From NCBI GenBank assembly GCA_965215015.1, contig OZ244042.1, positions 2,240,001 through 2,304,000 of the forward strand: a stretch of 64,000 bases of DNA, in the 5' to 3' direction. Below, piece after piece: positions 9,710 through 20,071 of this stretch. Under the pieces are notes generated by a model, which was not told the DNA's origin, ran no database searches, and saw only the letters and a list, made by a program, of their open reading frames with translations. Within the stretch, counting starts at the first letter, position 1. Every line of letters starts with the position of its first letter. The translations under genes were made by a program, and so were the position numbers. This stretch comes from Candidatus Poribacteria bacterium. GTDB lineage: Bacteria; Poribacteria; WGA-4E; PCPOR2b.

Positions 9710-12313
9710 CTACTTGAGGATTACCATCCGCCGTAACACAGTATCATCGCCTGCGTGGAGTTGATAGAAGTAGACCCCACTTGCCACCGATTCTCCACTG
9801 TCGTTACGACCGTCCCAATACGCTGCCTTTGCCCGATCAGTGTAATACCCCGCAGCCTGATGCCCCAAGTCCAACCGACGCACCGGTGTGCCTTTTGTAT
9901 CATAAATGGTGAGTGTAACATCGACGGCGTGGGCGAGGCGATACGGTATCCACGTCTCCGGGTTGAACGGATTGGGATAATTTGGGAGTAGTGCGGTTTC
10001 GGCAGGAGTGAGCATAGCTAACAGTGCTTCGAGGTTAGCGATACCGCGCCGAAAGGTGAGCGAGCCGTCATCTGCCGTGGGCGCCATAGCAATCCATTGT
10101 TGAATCGTTTCAGGAGTGATGTGAACACCAATCGGTGTAGCGAGAAATGACCGGTGTCCTCTACGGACTACGGATGCTGCGGGGGGTGTTGTGTCATCAA
10201 AGTGTGCACTGACCGCAACTAGATCAAAAATGTTGACGACGCCATCGCTGTTAATATCTCCTAATCGTCCTCCTCCTGTTTGTCCAAACATTTCTGTGAC
10301 TATTGCTAAATCGAAGATATTTACGATACCATCTTGGTTGACATCATAGGCGGAGACCTTCGGCGGTGTATCCGCTGGAGGTGCGAGGTTCCACAGGAGC
10401 ACTGTACCATCCCTACTCCCGCTTGCGAGTGTGGTGCCATCCGGACTGAACGCTACACTAGTAACGTTAGATGTATGCCCTGTGAAGGTCGCTTTGAGCT
10501 GATGTGCACAAACCTCCCACAGTCTCACGGTGTGGTCCTCACTTCCACTTGCGAGTGTGGTGCCATCCGGACTGAACACTACACTGTTGATGCTGGCCGT
10601 GTGCCCGATAAGGGTCCCTTTGGACTGATTTGTAGAAACATCCCACAGCTGCAACGCGCCATCATTATTCCAATCCCCACTCCCACTTGCGAGTGTGGTG
10701 CCATCCGGACTGAACGCTACACTGTTGATAGGGCTCCTATGCCCCATGAGGGTGGCTGTGAGTTGTTTTGTCGCAACATCCCACAGTTGTATCTTATGAT
10801 CTCTGCTCCCGCTTGCGAGTATGGTGCCATCCGGACTGAACGCTACAGTTCTAACGCTGTGTGTGGCACCCATGAGGGCTGCTTTGAGGCGACCTGTATC
10901 TGCGTCCCACAGTCGTATTGTGATGTCTTGCTTCTGATTGCTAGTCCTGTTGCCTCCCCAACCTCCAGCAGTTGCGAGTGTGGTGCCAGCCGGATTGAAC
11001 GCTACACTTAAGATGGAGTTCGTGTGTCCTATAATGGTGGTTTTGAATTGTCCTGTATTTGTGTCCCATAACCGGACCCTGTTGTATCGTGAATGTGCAC
11101 TTGTGTTGTCGTAACCTGCCGTTGCCAGCGTGGTGCTATTCGGGCTGAACGCTATGCTGCTGACACCGACCGAATGCCCTCCAAGGATGGCTTTGCGGCG
11201 TCCTGTCCCTGTGTCCCACAGTCGAATTCTGTTGTTTGGCCGACCTCCCCCGGTCGCCAATGTGTTACCATCCGGACTGAACGCTATACTGCTAACACTG
11301 TCAGTATACTCCCTAAGGATGGTTTTCGGTTTCCACGTGATTGTTTCCCGCAACCACACCGTGTTATCCTCACTTCCGCTTGCCAATGTGTTGCCATCCG
11401 GACTGAATACTATACTTCTGACCCTCCCTGCATGCCCTGCGAGGGTGACTATAAGTTGTCCTGTGGCAACATCCCACAATCGTACCGTGTTATCCCAACT
11501 TCCGCTTGCCAGCGTTGTGCTATTCGGGCTGAACGCTACACTGAAGATTGGGCGTGTATACCCCGTGAGAGTCATGATGGACTGACCTGTTCGTGCATCC
11601 CACAACCTCACCGTGTTATCCCAACTTCCGCTTGCCAATGTGTTGCCATCCGGACTGAACGCTATACTGTTGATGGCGTCTGTATGTCCTGCAAGGGTGG
11701 CTACGAGCTGCCCTGTGGTAACATCCCACAGTCGTACTGTTTTGCCCCAATCTCCACTTGCGAGCATGGTGCCATCCGGACTGAACACGAGACTCCTGGC
11801 ATCGTCCAAATATTCTATAAAGGTGGTTTTGAGTTGCCTTGTGGCAACTTCCCACAACCGTATCGTTTGGTCCTCACTTCCACTTGCTATCGTGGTGCCA
11901 TCCGGACTGAACGCTATACTGTTGATGGCGTCTGTATGTCCTACGAGGGTAGCTTTGAGTTGCCCGGTGGACGCATCCCACAGCCGCACCATGTTGTCGT
12001 CCCTACTTCCTGTTGCCAGCGTGGTGCCATCCGGACTGAACACTACATTTGAAACCGAGGTAGCTCCTGTAAGGAGATTACGTTCTGTACCAGTATCGGC
12101 ATCATATATCCAAATCCCGATAGAGCTCACAACCGCCAGACGACTGCCATCGGGAGAATACGCTATCTCTCCGGTTATATGACCTTTACCCAAGCGTGTT
12201 TTAGTGCCTTCGGGTAAATTCCACTTGGTGTAGTCTTGGGCATGGGTGTTTGATAAGAATACGAGCGTTCCTAAAGAACAGAGCACAAGTATGGAAAATT
12301 GTGCTGTTTTCAT
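9710..12313 (-). CDS. Secreted WD40 protein (14 repeats) + dockerin-like domain + C-terminal FlgD-Ig/T9SS-CTD-like domain
   Basis: Signal peptide; 14 GH..V.FSPDG..LASGS.D..V.LWD units; DVNQDGIVNIFDL and DINSDGVVNIFDL; LLPNYPNPFNPETWIPY...SGVYFYQL tail. Confidence 0.93.
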   Translation of the reverse strand: MKTAQFSILVLCSLGTLVFLSNTHAQDYTKWNLPEGTKTRLGKGHITGEIAYSPDGSRLAVVSSIGIWIYDADTGTERNLLTGATSVSNVVFSPDGTTLATGSRDDNMVRLWDASTGQLKATLVGHTDAINSIAFSPDGTTIASGSEDQTIRLWEVATRQLKTTFIEYLDDARSLVFSPDGTMLASGDWGKTVRLWDVTTGQLVATLAGHTDAINSIAFSPDGNTLASGSWDNTVRLWDARTGQSIMTLTGYTRPIFSVAFSPNSTTLASGSWDNTVRLWDVATGQLIVTLAGHAGRVRSIVFSPDGNTLASGSEDNTVWLRETITWKPKTILREYTDSVSSIAFSPDGNTLATGGGRPNNRIRLWDTGTGRRKAILGGHSVGVSSIAFSPNSTTLATAGYDNTSAHSRYNRVRLWDTNTGQFKTTIIGHTNSILSVAFNPAGTTLATAGGWGGNRTSNQKQDITIRLWDADTGRLKAALMGATHSVRTVAFSPDGTILASGSRDHKIQLWDVATKQLTATLMGHRSPINSVAFSPDGTTLASGSGDWNNDGALQLWDVSTNQSKGTLIGHTASINSVVFSPDGTTLASGSEDHTVRLWEVCAHQLKATFTGHTSNVTSVAFSPDGTTLASGSRDGTVLLWNLAPPADTPPKVSAYDVNQDGIVNIFDLAIVTEMFGQTGGGRLGDINSDGVVNIFDLVAVSAHFDDTTPPAASVVRRGHRSFLATPIGVHITPETIQQWIAMAPTADDGSLTFRRGIANLEALLAMLTPAETALLPNYPNPFNPETWIPYRLAHAVDVTLTIYDTKGTPVRRLDLGHQAAGYYTDRAKAAYWDGRNDSGESVASGVYFYQLHAGDDTVLRRMVILK

Positions 12314-12350
12314 CAGTTGGATTCTCCTATATTGATTACGGGCCCCAATC

Positions 12351-14858
12351 CTACTTCAAAATGAGCATTTTCCGCGTTGCCGAATAATCTCCTGCGGACA
12401 GGCTGTAGAAGTAAAACCCGCTTACAACAGATTCTCCGCTGTTGTTACGACCGTCCCAATACGCCGCCTTTGCCCGATCGGTATAATAGTCCGCAGGTTG
12501 ATAACCTAAATTAAAGTGACGTACTACCGTCCCTTTTGTATCATAAATGGTGAGTGTAACATCCGCGGCGTGTGCAAGGCGATACGGTATCCACGTCTCC
12601 GGGTTGAATGGGTTGGGGTAGTTGGGCAACAAGGCTGTCTCCCGCGGTGGCAATGCCGCCAAGAGTTGTTTGAGGACGACAAGGCCGCGCCGATAGGCAA
12701 GCGAACCGTTGTCTGCTGCATGAGCCATATCAATCCATGCCTGAATTGTATCTCGGTTGAGATTCGACGAACCGCCTTTCTTCCCATTTTCGGGCGATAG
12801 GAATGCAATTGGGGCGGTGGGAATCATCGTTGCACTAAATACGCCAGCAACCTTGACGAGATCCAGAATGTCAACAACGCCATCTCCATTGACATCGGCA
12901 TTATTCTGCCCCATCTGTCCCAAGTTTGATCCAATGAGCATCAAATCCAAAATGCTCACCACACCATCGCGGTTGACATCTCCGGGTTTCGTTCTAGGGG
13001 TGAACTCCCATAGAAGCACCGTGCCATCATAACTCCCGCTTGCGAGCATAGTGCCATCCGGACTGAACGCTACGCTCCCGATACTGCCTGTATGCCCTAC
13101 AAGGGTGGCCTGAAGTTGCTGGGTAGTAACGTCCCACAGCCTCACCATTTTGTCCTGACCTCCACTTGCTATCGTGGTGCCATCCGGACTAAACGCGACA
13201 GTATAGATATCATACGAGTGTCCCGCGAGGGTGGCTTTGAGTTGCCCTGTGGCAATATCCCACAGTCCCACTGTTTTGTCCTGACTCCCACTCGCTATCA
13301 TGGTGCCATCCGGACTGAACACTATATCCCTGATAAAGGCTCTATGTCCGGTAAGGGTAGCTTTGTGCTCCCCCGTGCCCGGATCCCACAGTTGGATTGT
13401 ATTGTCTAAATCGTTAGCTGCGAGGAGGGTGCCATCCGGACTGAACGCGACACTCACGATATCTGCCCTTCTCCACATAAAGGTGGCGTGCTGTTGTCCT
13501 GTGGTAATATCCCACAGGCGTAACGTCCTGTCCCAGTATCCATTTCCAGTAGCAAGCATAGTGCCATCCGGACTGAACGCGACACTATTAACAGTGTACG
13601 TATGCCCGATAAGGCTGGTTTTAAATTGCCCTGCCGCAACCCCCCACAGTCGTACCGTGTAGTCTGCACTTCCACTTGCTAGTGTTCGACTATCCGGACT
13701 AAATGCTAAACTAGTGACCCGGGAGGTATGTCCAGTGAGAGTAGTTTTGGGGTTCCATGTCGCAACATCCCATAACTTCACCACCTTCCCACTCCCATTT
13801 GCGAACGTGGTGCCGTCCGGACTAAATGCTATTGTTGAACCACCGCCTGTATGTTCCGCGAAGATAGTTTTGAGTTGCCATGTTGTAGCATCCCACACCT
13901 GCACCTCACTGCCACTTGCACTTGTGAGTGTGGTGCCATCCGGACTGAACGCTAGACTGTCAATACTACCTGTATGTCTTATGAGAGTGGCTTTTAACTC
14001 TCCGCTTGTATGCCACAACCGTATCGTCTCGTCTTCACTCCCACTTGCCAGCGTTCGTCCATCCGGACTGAACGCTAGACTACTGACGTTGCTCGTATGA
14101 CCTGCAAGGGTGGCTATGGGCTGCCCTGTCCGTGCATCCCACAGCCGCACCGTGTCGTCGCCACCTCCACTTGCGACTGTAGTCCCATCCGGACTGAACA
14201 CGACACTTCCGACGCCGTTCTCATGTCCTTTAAGGGTGGCTTTCGTGTCTCCTGTGATTGTATCCCACAGCTGCACCGTGTCGTCTTGCCAGCCGCCTCC
14301 ACTTGCGAGCGTCGTCCCATCCGGACTAAACGCTAGACTACTGATCCAACGTGTATGCGCTACAAGCCTGGTTATGGGCTGCGCTGTCCGCGCAGCCCAC
14401 AGCTGGACTACTTTGTCCGAACCCCCACTTGCGAGCATGGTACCATCCGGACTAAATACTACACAATAGATACTGCCCTTATGCCCGGTGAGGACAACTT
14501 TGGGTTTCCATGTTGCAACATCCCATAGTCGCACCGTGGCGTCGTCCCAACCGCCTCCACTTGCGAGCGTCGTCCCATCGGGACTGAATGCAATACTTTC
14601 GATGTTCGACGTATGCCCCGTGAGCAGAGCGAGTTCTGTCCCACTGTGTGTATCGTACACCCAAATCCCGATAGCAGTCCCAACTGCCAAGACGCTTCCG
14701 TCCGGAGAATATGCTATATCAGTTATCCAACCTTTACCGAGGCGCGCTTTAGCTCCTTTGGGCAGATGCCATTGAGGGGAATCTTGGGCGAAGGTACTGG
14801 ACACAGACAAAAGAGAAACTAACAATAGGTTGAACCCAAAAAACCTACCCTTTTTCAT
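12351..14858 (-). CDS. Secreted WD40 paralog (14 repeats) + dockerin-like + FlgD-Ig/T9SS-CTD-like domain
   Basis: Start reassigned to MKKGRFF (AAGGAGAAGG RBS, signal peptide); 14 SPDG/SPDS repeats; GDVNRDGVVSILDL/ADVNGDGVVDILDL; same C-terminal domain. Confidence 0.93.
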   Translation of the reverse strand: MKKGRFFGFNLLLVSLLSVSSTFAQDSPQWHLPKGAKARLGKGWITDIAYSPDGSVLAVGTAIGIWVYDTHSGTELALLTGHTSNIESIAFSPDGTTLASGGGWDDATVRLWDVATWKPKVVLTGHKGSIYCVVFSPDGTMLASGGSDKVVQLWAARTAQPITRLVAHTRWISSLAFSPDGTTLASGGGWQDDTVQLWDTITGDTKATLKGHENGVGSVVFSPDGTTVASGGGDDTVRLWDARTGQPIATLAGHTSNVSSLAFSPDGRTLASGSEDETIRLWHTSGELKATLIRHTGSIDSLAFSPDGTTLTSASGSEVQVWDATTWQLKTIFAEHTGGGSTIAFSPDGTTFANGSGKVVKLWDVATWNPKTTLTGHTSRVTSLAFSPDSRTLASGSADYTVRLWGVAAGQFKTSLIGHTYTVNSVAFSPDGTMLATGNGYWDRTLRLWDITTGQQHATFMWRRADIVSVAFSPDGTLLAANDLDNTIQLWDPGTGEHKATLTGHRAFIRDIVFSPDGTMIASGSQDKTVGLWDIATGQLKATLAGHSYDIYTVAFSPDGTTIASGGQDKMVRLWDVTTQQLQATLVGHTGSIGSVAFSPDGTMLASGSYDGTVLLWEFTPRTKPGDVNRDGVVSILDLMLIGSNLGQMGQNNADVNGDGVVDILDLVKVAGVFSATMIPTAPIAFLSPENGKKGGSSNLNRDTIQAWIDMAHAADNGSLAYRRGLVVLKQLLAALPPRETALLPNYPNPFNPETWIPYRLAHAADVTLTIYDTKGTVVRHFNLGYQPADYYTDRAKAAYWDGRNNSGESVVSGFYFYSLSAGDYSATRKMLILK

Positions 14859-15706
14859 GAGAATCCTTCTCCTTTTTGAGGCGTCAGCTTGGGGGTGTAT
14901 AACTTTTAAGCAGATTTGAGTCTCTTTAGGACTCAATGGGAGCAATTGGGCGGGGTTGGCTACTGCACGTATGGTTTCACCTAGGACAAACCCGGTAGAA
15001 ATAACCCCCTGTGGCTTTCTATCAATTTTTGTGCCAAACATCTGTTGGCAACACACAGCACAGTCAAAACGATTTGGGGATCTTCCTAACCGACGCATCT
15101 CATCGTTAGACCGAACAGGGGGGGCACCTGTGGAGTTAAGGGACTGGTTGTGGATTTACAACCCATAGAAAGTAGCGTTTAAACCGTCTTAAAATAGGGA
15201 CGCATTTTGCTTGCAGATCAGCAAGGGATTGCCTGCCCTTGTGCATACCGGCCGTTGCTTTTAACCTCAAGCGCACAAAGTGTCTAAATAGTTGTTAGAG
15301 GGATTGTATCCAATTGGAGTGAGGATTTGACCGATTTGTTCGGAGGCTGGAGGAGGATGGGTGAAAAGTTCAGTTTCTCTGAGATAATACATGTCGCCCC
15401 ACAAGGAGTATGGATGTGGGAGGTAGGTTGGATTGAACCGTTCAAATTTTGAACATCACTGTTTTATAAATGGACAGAGTGAAAACTAATACCCAATCAA
15501 TGCACCGATTATCAAGCGTTGGATCTCACTAGAATTTGTGGGATTTCAAGGTGAATAGGGCCGGCAATCTAAGGAGGAGCTACCTGGTGTATTTTATGAG
15601 TATCGTTCAACTCAACCTACGTGCTGATGAGATTGCCCTATCGTTATAGTTTTTTGGTTATGGACGTTGCGTTCTAATGATGATGGGTTAAGCTAGCTGA
15701 ATCCAA

Positions 15707-16720
15707 TTACCAGTCCCCTCTTTCCCCAACAAAGTCCTCAACCTCGCGCATTGTGGGCATGAAGTTCGCGCATCCGTGCCGGGTAACGACAATCGCACCT
15801 GTCGCATTGCCCAATCGAGCAGACCGCTTCCAGCCCCAACCTTTCAGGTATCCGTAGATAAAACCGCTGGCAAAGGCATCTCCTGCACCGAGTGTATTAT
15901 ACACCTCGACGCGAAATGGATCAGCGTTGATAACTTCCCCGTCCGACAGATAAACGCCTGCGCCTTCAACCCCCCGCTTCATCACCAGAGCCTTTGGCCC
16001 ACCGCTCAGAATTGTCTGAATCGCTGCATTCACATCGCCTTCGATATCAGGATTAGAGATTTGGGAGTGAGTGATGGAGAGTTGTGACACATCGGAGAGG
16101 GTTGCCGCCTTGACCTCTTCTTCTGTGCCGAGTACGATATCGACCAATCGCAGTGCAGATCTGGCGACGACTCCAAAAGCGCGGGGATCATGCCACTGGT
16201 CTGCGCGGAAGTCAAGGTCAAGAAATACGGTGGTCCCAACAGATTGGGCGTATTCAGCAGCAAAAAGGTTCGCACTTCGACTCGGCTCTTTACTCAGTCC
16301 GGTGCCAGAGATGAGTAATGCCGAGCTATCAGCAACCGGTGAGGCGAGGACATCGTCGATTGTGAGTTCAATATCGGCGCAGTTGTCGCGGTAGTAGACG
16401 AGCGGGAATCGGTCCGGCGGCTCAATCCCAAGCACAACCGCGCTAGTTCGATGTCCCTGTTTGTGCAAGACAAATTTTGTTTCAACCGCTTCATCATTTA
16501 GAAATTTGAGGATAAAGTCCCCCACTGGATCCTCGCCGAGTGCCGTGAGAACAGCGGATCGGAGTCCAAGCCGCCGTGTCCCGACGCTGATGTTTGTCGG
16601 GCAGCCACCGACAAACGCGCCAAAACTTTCAATTTCGGGAAAGGGGGCACCGATGTCGTTGGAATAGAGATCTATCGAACTACGTCCGATTGCTAAAATA
16701 TCATAGGTTCGTTCACTCAT
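15707..16720 (-). CDS. iolC: 5-dehydro-2-deoxygluconokinase (PfkB family)
   Basis: IGRSSIDLY, GGCPTNI, FPLVYYRDNCAD, DLDFRADQW, GAGDAFASG; start set at MSERTYD. Confidence 0.92.
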   Translation of the reverse strand: MSERTYDILAIGRSSIDLYSNDIGAPFPEIESFGAFVGGCPTNISVGTRRLGLRSAVLTALGEDPVGDFILKFLNDEAVETKFVLHKQGHRTSAVVLGIEPPDRFPLVYYRDNCADIELTIDDVLASPVADSSALLISGTGLSKEPSRSANLFAAEYAQSVGTTVFLDLDFRADQWHDPRAFGVVARSALRLVDIVLGTEEEVKAATLSDVSQLSITHSQISNPDIEGDVNAAIQTILSGGPKALVMKRGVEGAGVYLSDGEVINADPFRVEVYNTLGAGDAFASGFIYGYLKGWGWKRSARLGNATGAIVVTRHGCANFMPTMREVEDFVGERGDW

Positions 16721-16724
16721 CGGT

Positions 16725-17513
16725 TCACCGTGATACGTAATCCTTGAATTTCTCACTTTCCTCTGTAAACCGGCAGGTAATCAGAAAAGCGTCGTTGCCG
16801 CAAGCGATTAACTGAACGCCCGCATCTGCCCACCGTTTACCACTCTCAAAATCGTTGACGTAACTGCCGAGGGCAACCTGATATTCCTTAGCTTTGGCGA
16901 TGACCTTTTCGATGCTATCGACAATCAGGGGGTGGTCGAGTTGTCCAGAGATACCGAGTGATGTCGAAAGGTCATACGGTCCGAGGAAGATAGCGTCGAG
17001 TCCATCGGTAGAAAGAATTTCATCAATGTTTTCCACTGATTTTGCGGTTTCAATCTGCCCGATGATAAAAATTTCCTCATTTGTCTGAAGGGTATATTTG
17101 ACACCGTCCAATTTCCGAAAATCACCATAATCAGTGTGACCAATGCCAAATGCAACCCCCCTCTCTCCATCAGGGGCATACTTCGCCCACGTTAGGACAT
17201 TTTCGATGTCTTTGCGCGATTCCACACGTGGAATCATTACCCCCGAAGCACCGGCGTCAAGGGCTCGGGAGATAAAATGCCGCTCAATGTCTGGCACACG
17301 CACAATACTAGGGAGGTCCGATCCCCTCGCCGCTCTAACGATACGCCCCACTGTTTCCATCGTGAAGGTTGTGTGCTCCATGTCCACAATGATGAAATCT
17401 GCACCGGCACTCGCTAGGATGGTAGCAATTGACGGCACTGCAAACTCCATCACAAAGGTCCCGACGATGATTTCTCCGCTTCGTAAAGTTGATTTAATCT
17501 GCTTGACTCTCAT
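16725..17513 (-). CDS. HpcH/HpaI class II aldolase
   Basis: DFIIVDMEH, VRVP, LDAGASGVMIP, QIET, FLGPYDLS. Confidence 0.92.
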   Translation of the reverse strand: MRVKQIKSTLRSGEIIVGTFVMEFAVPSIATILASAGADFIIVDMEHTTFTMETVGRIVRAARGSDLPSIVRVPDIERHFISRALDAGASGVMIPRVESRKDIENVLTWAKYAPDGERGVAFGIGHTDYGDFRKLDGVKYTLQTNEEIFIIGQIETAKSVENIDEILSTDGLDAIFLGPYDLSTSLGISGQLDHPLIVDSIEKVIAKAKEYQVALGSYVNDFESGKRWADAGVQLIACGNDAFLITCRFTEESEKFKDYVSR

Positions 17514-17646
17514 TTTTTAATTATACCATTCACTATAAAAAATCGCGCTTTTGAAAGAGAAATTCTTGAGAAATTGGGCGGTTCAAAGCGTAGTCTCGTT
17601 CGGTATTTGGTACAGAAATCTTTTTGACATGACATCGGATAGCTTG

Positions 17647-19620
17647 TTAGCTTGCCGTAAAAAGACCTTCAATTTCCCGTAGTAGTTTTCGCGCCCCCGC
17701 TACAGCGTTGGAGGCTCCTTTCATCTTTTTTGAAATCGTTAAAATCCTATAGCAATAGTCGCAAGATAGACTGAGATTTCCTGCGGCACGGGCATTTTCT
17801 GCAACATTGAAATAACAGATTGTTGTAACTGATAAACTTTCATTCGCCTCCTCCCATAGGTTGGCATGAGCGTAATGGTCTGCTGAAAGCGTGTATAGTC
17901 TACCGGCGTCAATCCAACTCTGTTGTCTTTCAAGCAAATTTGCCTGTATGGCATAGTAGGTCCCAGCTTCCTGGGCACACTGTCGCGCACGATTGTAACG
18001 ACGAGCGGCTGTGTAGGCAAGCCTTGCCCGTGCGTAGCAATCTGCGCCCGATTCCCAATTTTCGGATACAATGAAGCTTTCCGCAGCTTTCCTATAAAAT
18101 TCTCCCAGTTTTTTGTACTCCGTTCGACTCCGTCGACTTTTTCCCTTTTGTGCATATTCCTCAGCTGATTGACGAATCTGAGCAGCAATTCTCTCATAGG
18201 GACTTTGAACCACCTCATGGAGTTTTCGCAGAATGAATTCTGGAGCAGTTTCCTGGAAATTGAGTGGTTGAAATGTCAAATCTGAACCGGTGTTACCGTC
18301 TGTGAGAAATCCCCCTGAACCCACGGGAGCAGGGCTCTCGCTGGATTCACTAGGAGGGAATTGCCTATTAAACCAGTCTCTGAGCTCAGATATCTCGTCA
18401 ACTGGCAATTGATCAATCACCTCAACTACTTCTTTTGTTGTCGAAAGTGATTTGGGGGAAATCATCAAATCCGATAAATGCCGAAAGATCCAATCTGCTT
18501 TTTTGGTTGCTTGCATACTGCTCAAGTAGAGGCGGTGGGCTTGCTGCATTTCTTGCAATGCCTGCTGAGCCTGTGGGGCACCGATGAATTGAATCGCTTG
18601 ATCATAGTGTATATTGACTTGCTCTTCAAGTTTAAGCTGTTTCTGTTTTTCCGCTGCCGCCTTTTGTACCCCAGAGACTTCCAATTCGATTTTCTCCGCT
18701 GCCTCGGCAGAAAGGCGTAAATTCTTTCTGTGTTCAGATAGCGTTGCACCTCGTATTGCTAGATTTGATTGGCTTGTTATTGTTTCCCGTACAGCCTCTG
18801 TATACCATTTTTCACGAATACGATCCAAATCATTATACAACTCTGAAGCGGTTTGATACCGTGCCTGCACATCTCGATGTAACACTCTCTGTAAAATCTC
18901 GCGCACATTGTCAGGTAGTTTGTGGTCGAATTCAATTTCTTCGCTCTGTTTTCTCACCTGAATTTCATCTTGGGTTTTGCCGCGAAAGGGAAATTTCCCC
19001 ATAAACATTTCGTAGAGGATGAGCCCTGTTGAGTAGAGATCCGCCCGATAATCGTAATTTCCCTCATACTGTTCAGGTGCCATGTACCTCCGCGTCCCGG
19101 TGATTGTTCCCGCATAATCGGTGGTTGCTTCAAGGATACGGGCTACGCCGAAGTCAGATATCTTTGCTATCTGATCAGAAGTCAACAAGATATTCTGAGG
19201 CTTGATGTCTCGATGGATAATGTTCTGTTCATGGGCAGCAATAAGCCCCCGGCAAATATCGAGCGCAATATTCATTGCTAAACTAGAATCAGGAGGCTTC
19301 CTTGTCAGTAATTGCCGCAAACTGGGGCCGTCAATGTACTCCATAACGATATAAGCAACGTACTCATCATCGCCAGGCTCAACGGTATGGATGGAAACGA
19401 TATTGGAATGTCCCCAATTCCGTCCCATCGCGCTCAATTCGGTAAGCAGGTAACGCATCCGTCCTGTGGGGTAAATTGATTTAGGTAACACTTTGATCGC
19501 AACAGTACGATTAGTGAACTCCTCCTTCGCTCGAAAAACGGAGGCAAAGCTACCGTTGTTAATCAGTTTTTCAATACGATATTTTCCTAAGACCAATCCG
19601 TTTATCTGCATATACACCAT
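17647..19620 (-). CDS. Hanks-type Ser/Thr protein kinase with C-terminal helical (TPR/SNAP-like) repeats
   Basis: GSFASV, VAIK, HRDIKPQN, DFG, YMAPE, DLYSTG; C-terminal A.CY..A / A..Y..SA helical repeats; no TM segment seen. Confidence 0.9.
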   Translation of the reverse strand: MVYMQINGLVLGKYRIEKLINNGSFASVFRAKEEFTNRTVAIKVLPKSIYPTGRMRYLLTELSAMGRNWGHSNIVSIHTVEPGDDEYVAYIVMEYIDGPSLRQLLTRKPPDSSLAMNIALDICRGLIAAHEQNIIHRDIKPQNILLTSDQIAKISDFGVARILEATTDYAGTITGTRRYMAPEQYEGNYDYRADLYSTGLILYEMFMGKFPFRGKTQDEIQVRKQSEEIEFDHKLPDNVREILQRVLHRDVQARYQTASELYNDLDRIREKWYTEAVRETITSQSNLAIRGATLSEHRKNLRLSAEAAEKIELEVSGVQKAAAEKQKQLKLEEQVNIHYDQAIQFIGAPQAQQALQEMQQAHRLYLSSMQATKKADWIFRHLSDLMISPKSLSTTKEVVEVIDQLPVDEISELRDWFNRQFPPSESSESPAPVGSGGFLTDGNTGSDLTFQPLNFQETAPEFILRKLHEVVQSPYERIAAQIRQSAEEYAQKGKSRRSRTEYKKLGEFYRKAAESFIVSENWESGADCYARARLAYTAARRYNRARQCAQEAGTYYAIQANLLERQQSWIDAGRLYTLSADHYAHANLWEEANESLSVTTICYFNVAENARAAGNLSLSCDYCYRILTISKKMKGASNAVAGARKLLREIEGLFTAS

Positions 19621-19922
19621 CCTCGACCCAAGTTTCGACCGATAGGTGGATTCCTAGTTGTTTATCAAGCTTCGTTGCTGCGCGGCGTACGTTGGATTAA
19701 TCCGTGAAGCAATCTATTCTCTACATCCCATCCGTTCTTGGGCCTGAACTTGGGAAACTCATTACTAGTGTGCTGACATTTTGCTGTCGCCAATCCCGCA
19801 AACGCTGTAAGTAGGTCGAGACTCATAGGTCGACAAAACACCAGACACGGTTGCGCGACACACCGGGTATTGGGGTTACCCCTACGGCGGTACCAAGTTA
19901 TCTCCAGTGTATCAGATCCAAG

Positions 19923-19963
19923 ACTCTCGGAACGGAGATTGGTTCAATTTGTCAAATATCAAC
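19923..19963. repeat. Dispersed repeat/IS-end-like sequence (copy at 33966-34006; partial matches near 40665 and 28527)
   Basis: ACTCTCGGAAC(G/A)GAGAT..GTTCAATTTGTCAAATATCAAC shared between loci. Confidence 0.6.
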
Positions 19964-20071
19964 AGAACCTGGCTGGATATGGTAGATTGACAGGTTAGCA
20001 CAAAACCACTAAGCTGTCAATATACAATATGCAACTGTGCATGTATGCAAAAGGTAAGACTCACAGAGCCA

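Noticed and set aside
10334-14775. Long plus-strand ORFs (e.g. 11093-12052)
   Set aside because: Antisense shadows of the WD40 repeats, with no RBS or domain support
14859-15098. 80-aa N-terminal extension of the second WD40 gene
   Set aside because: Signal peptide and RBS begin at 14858
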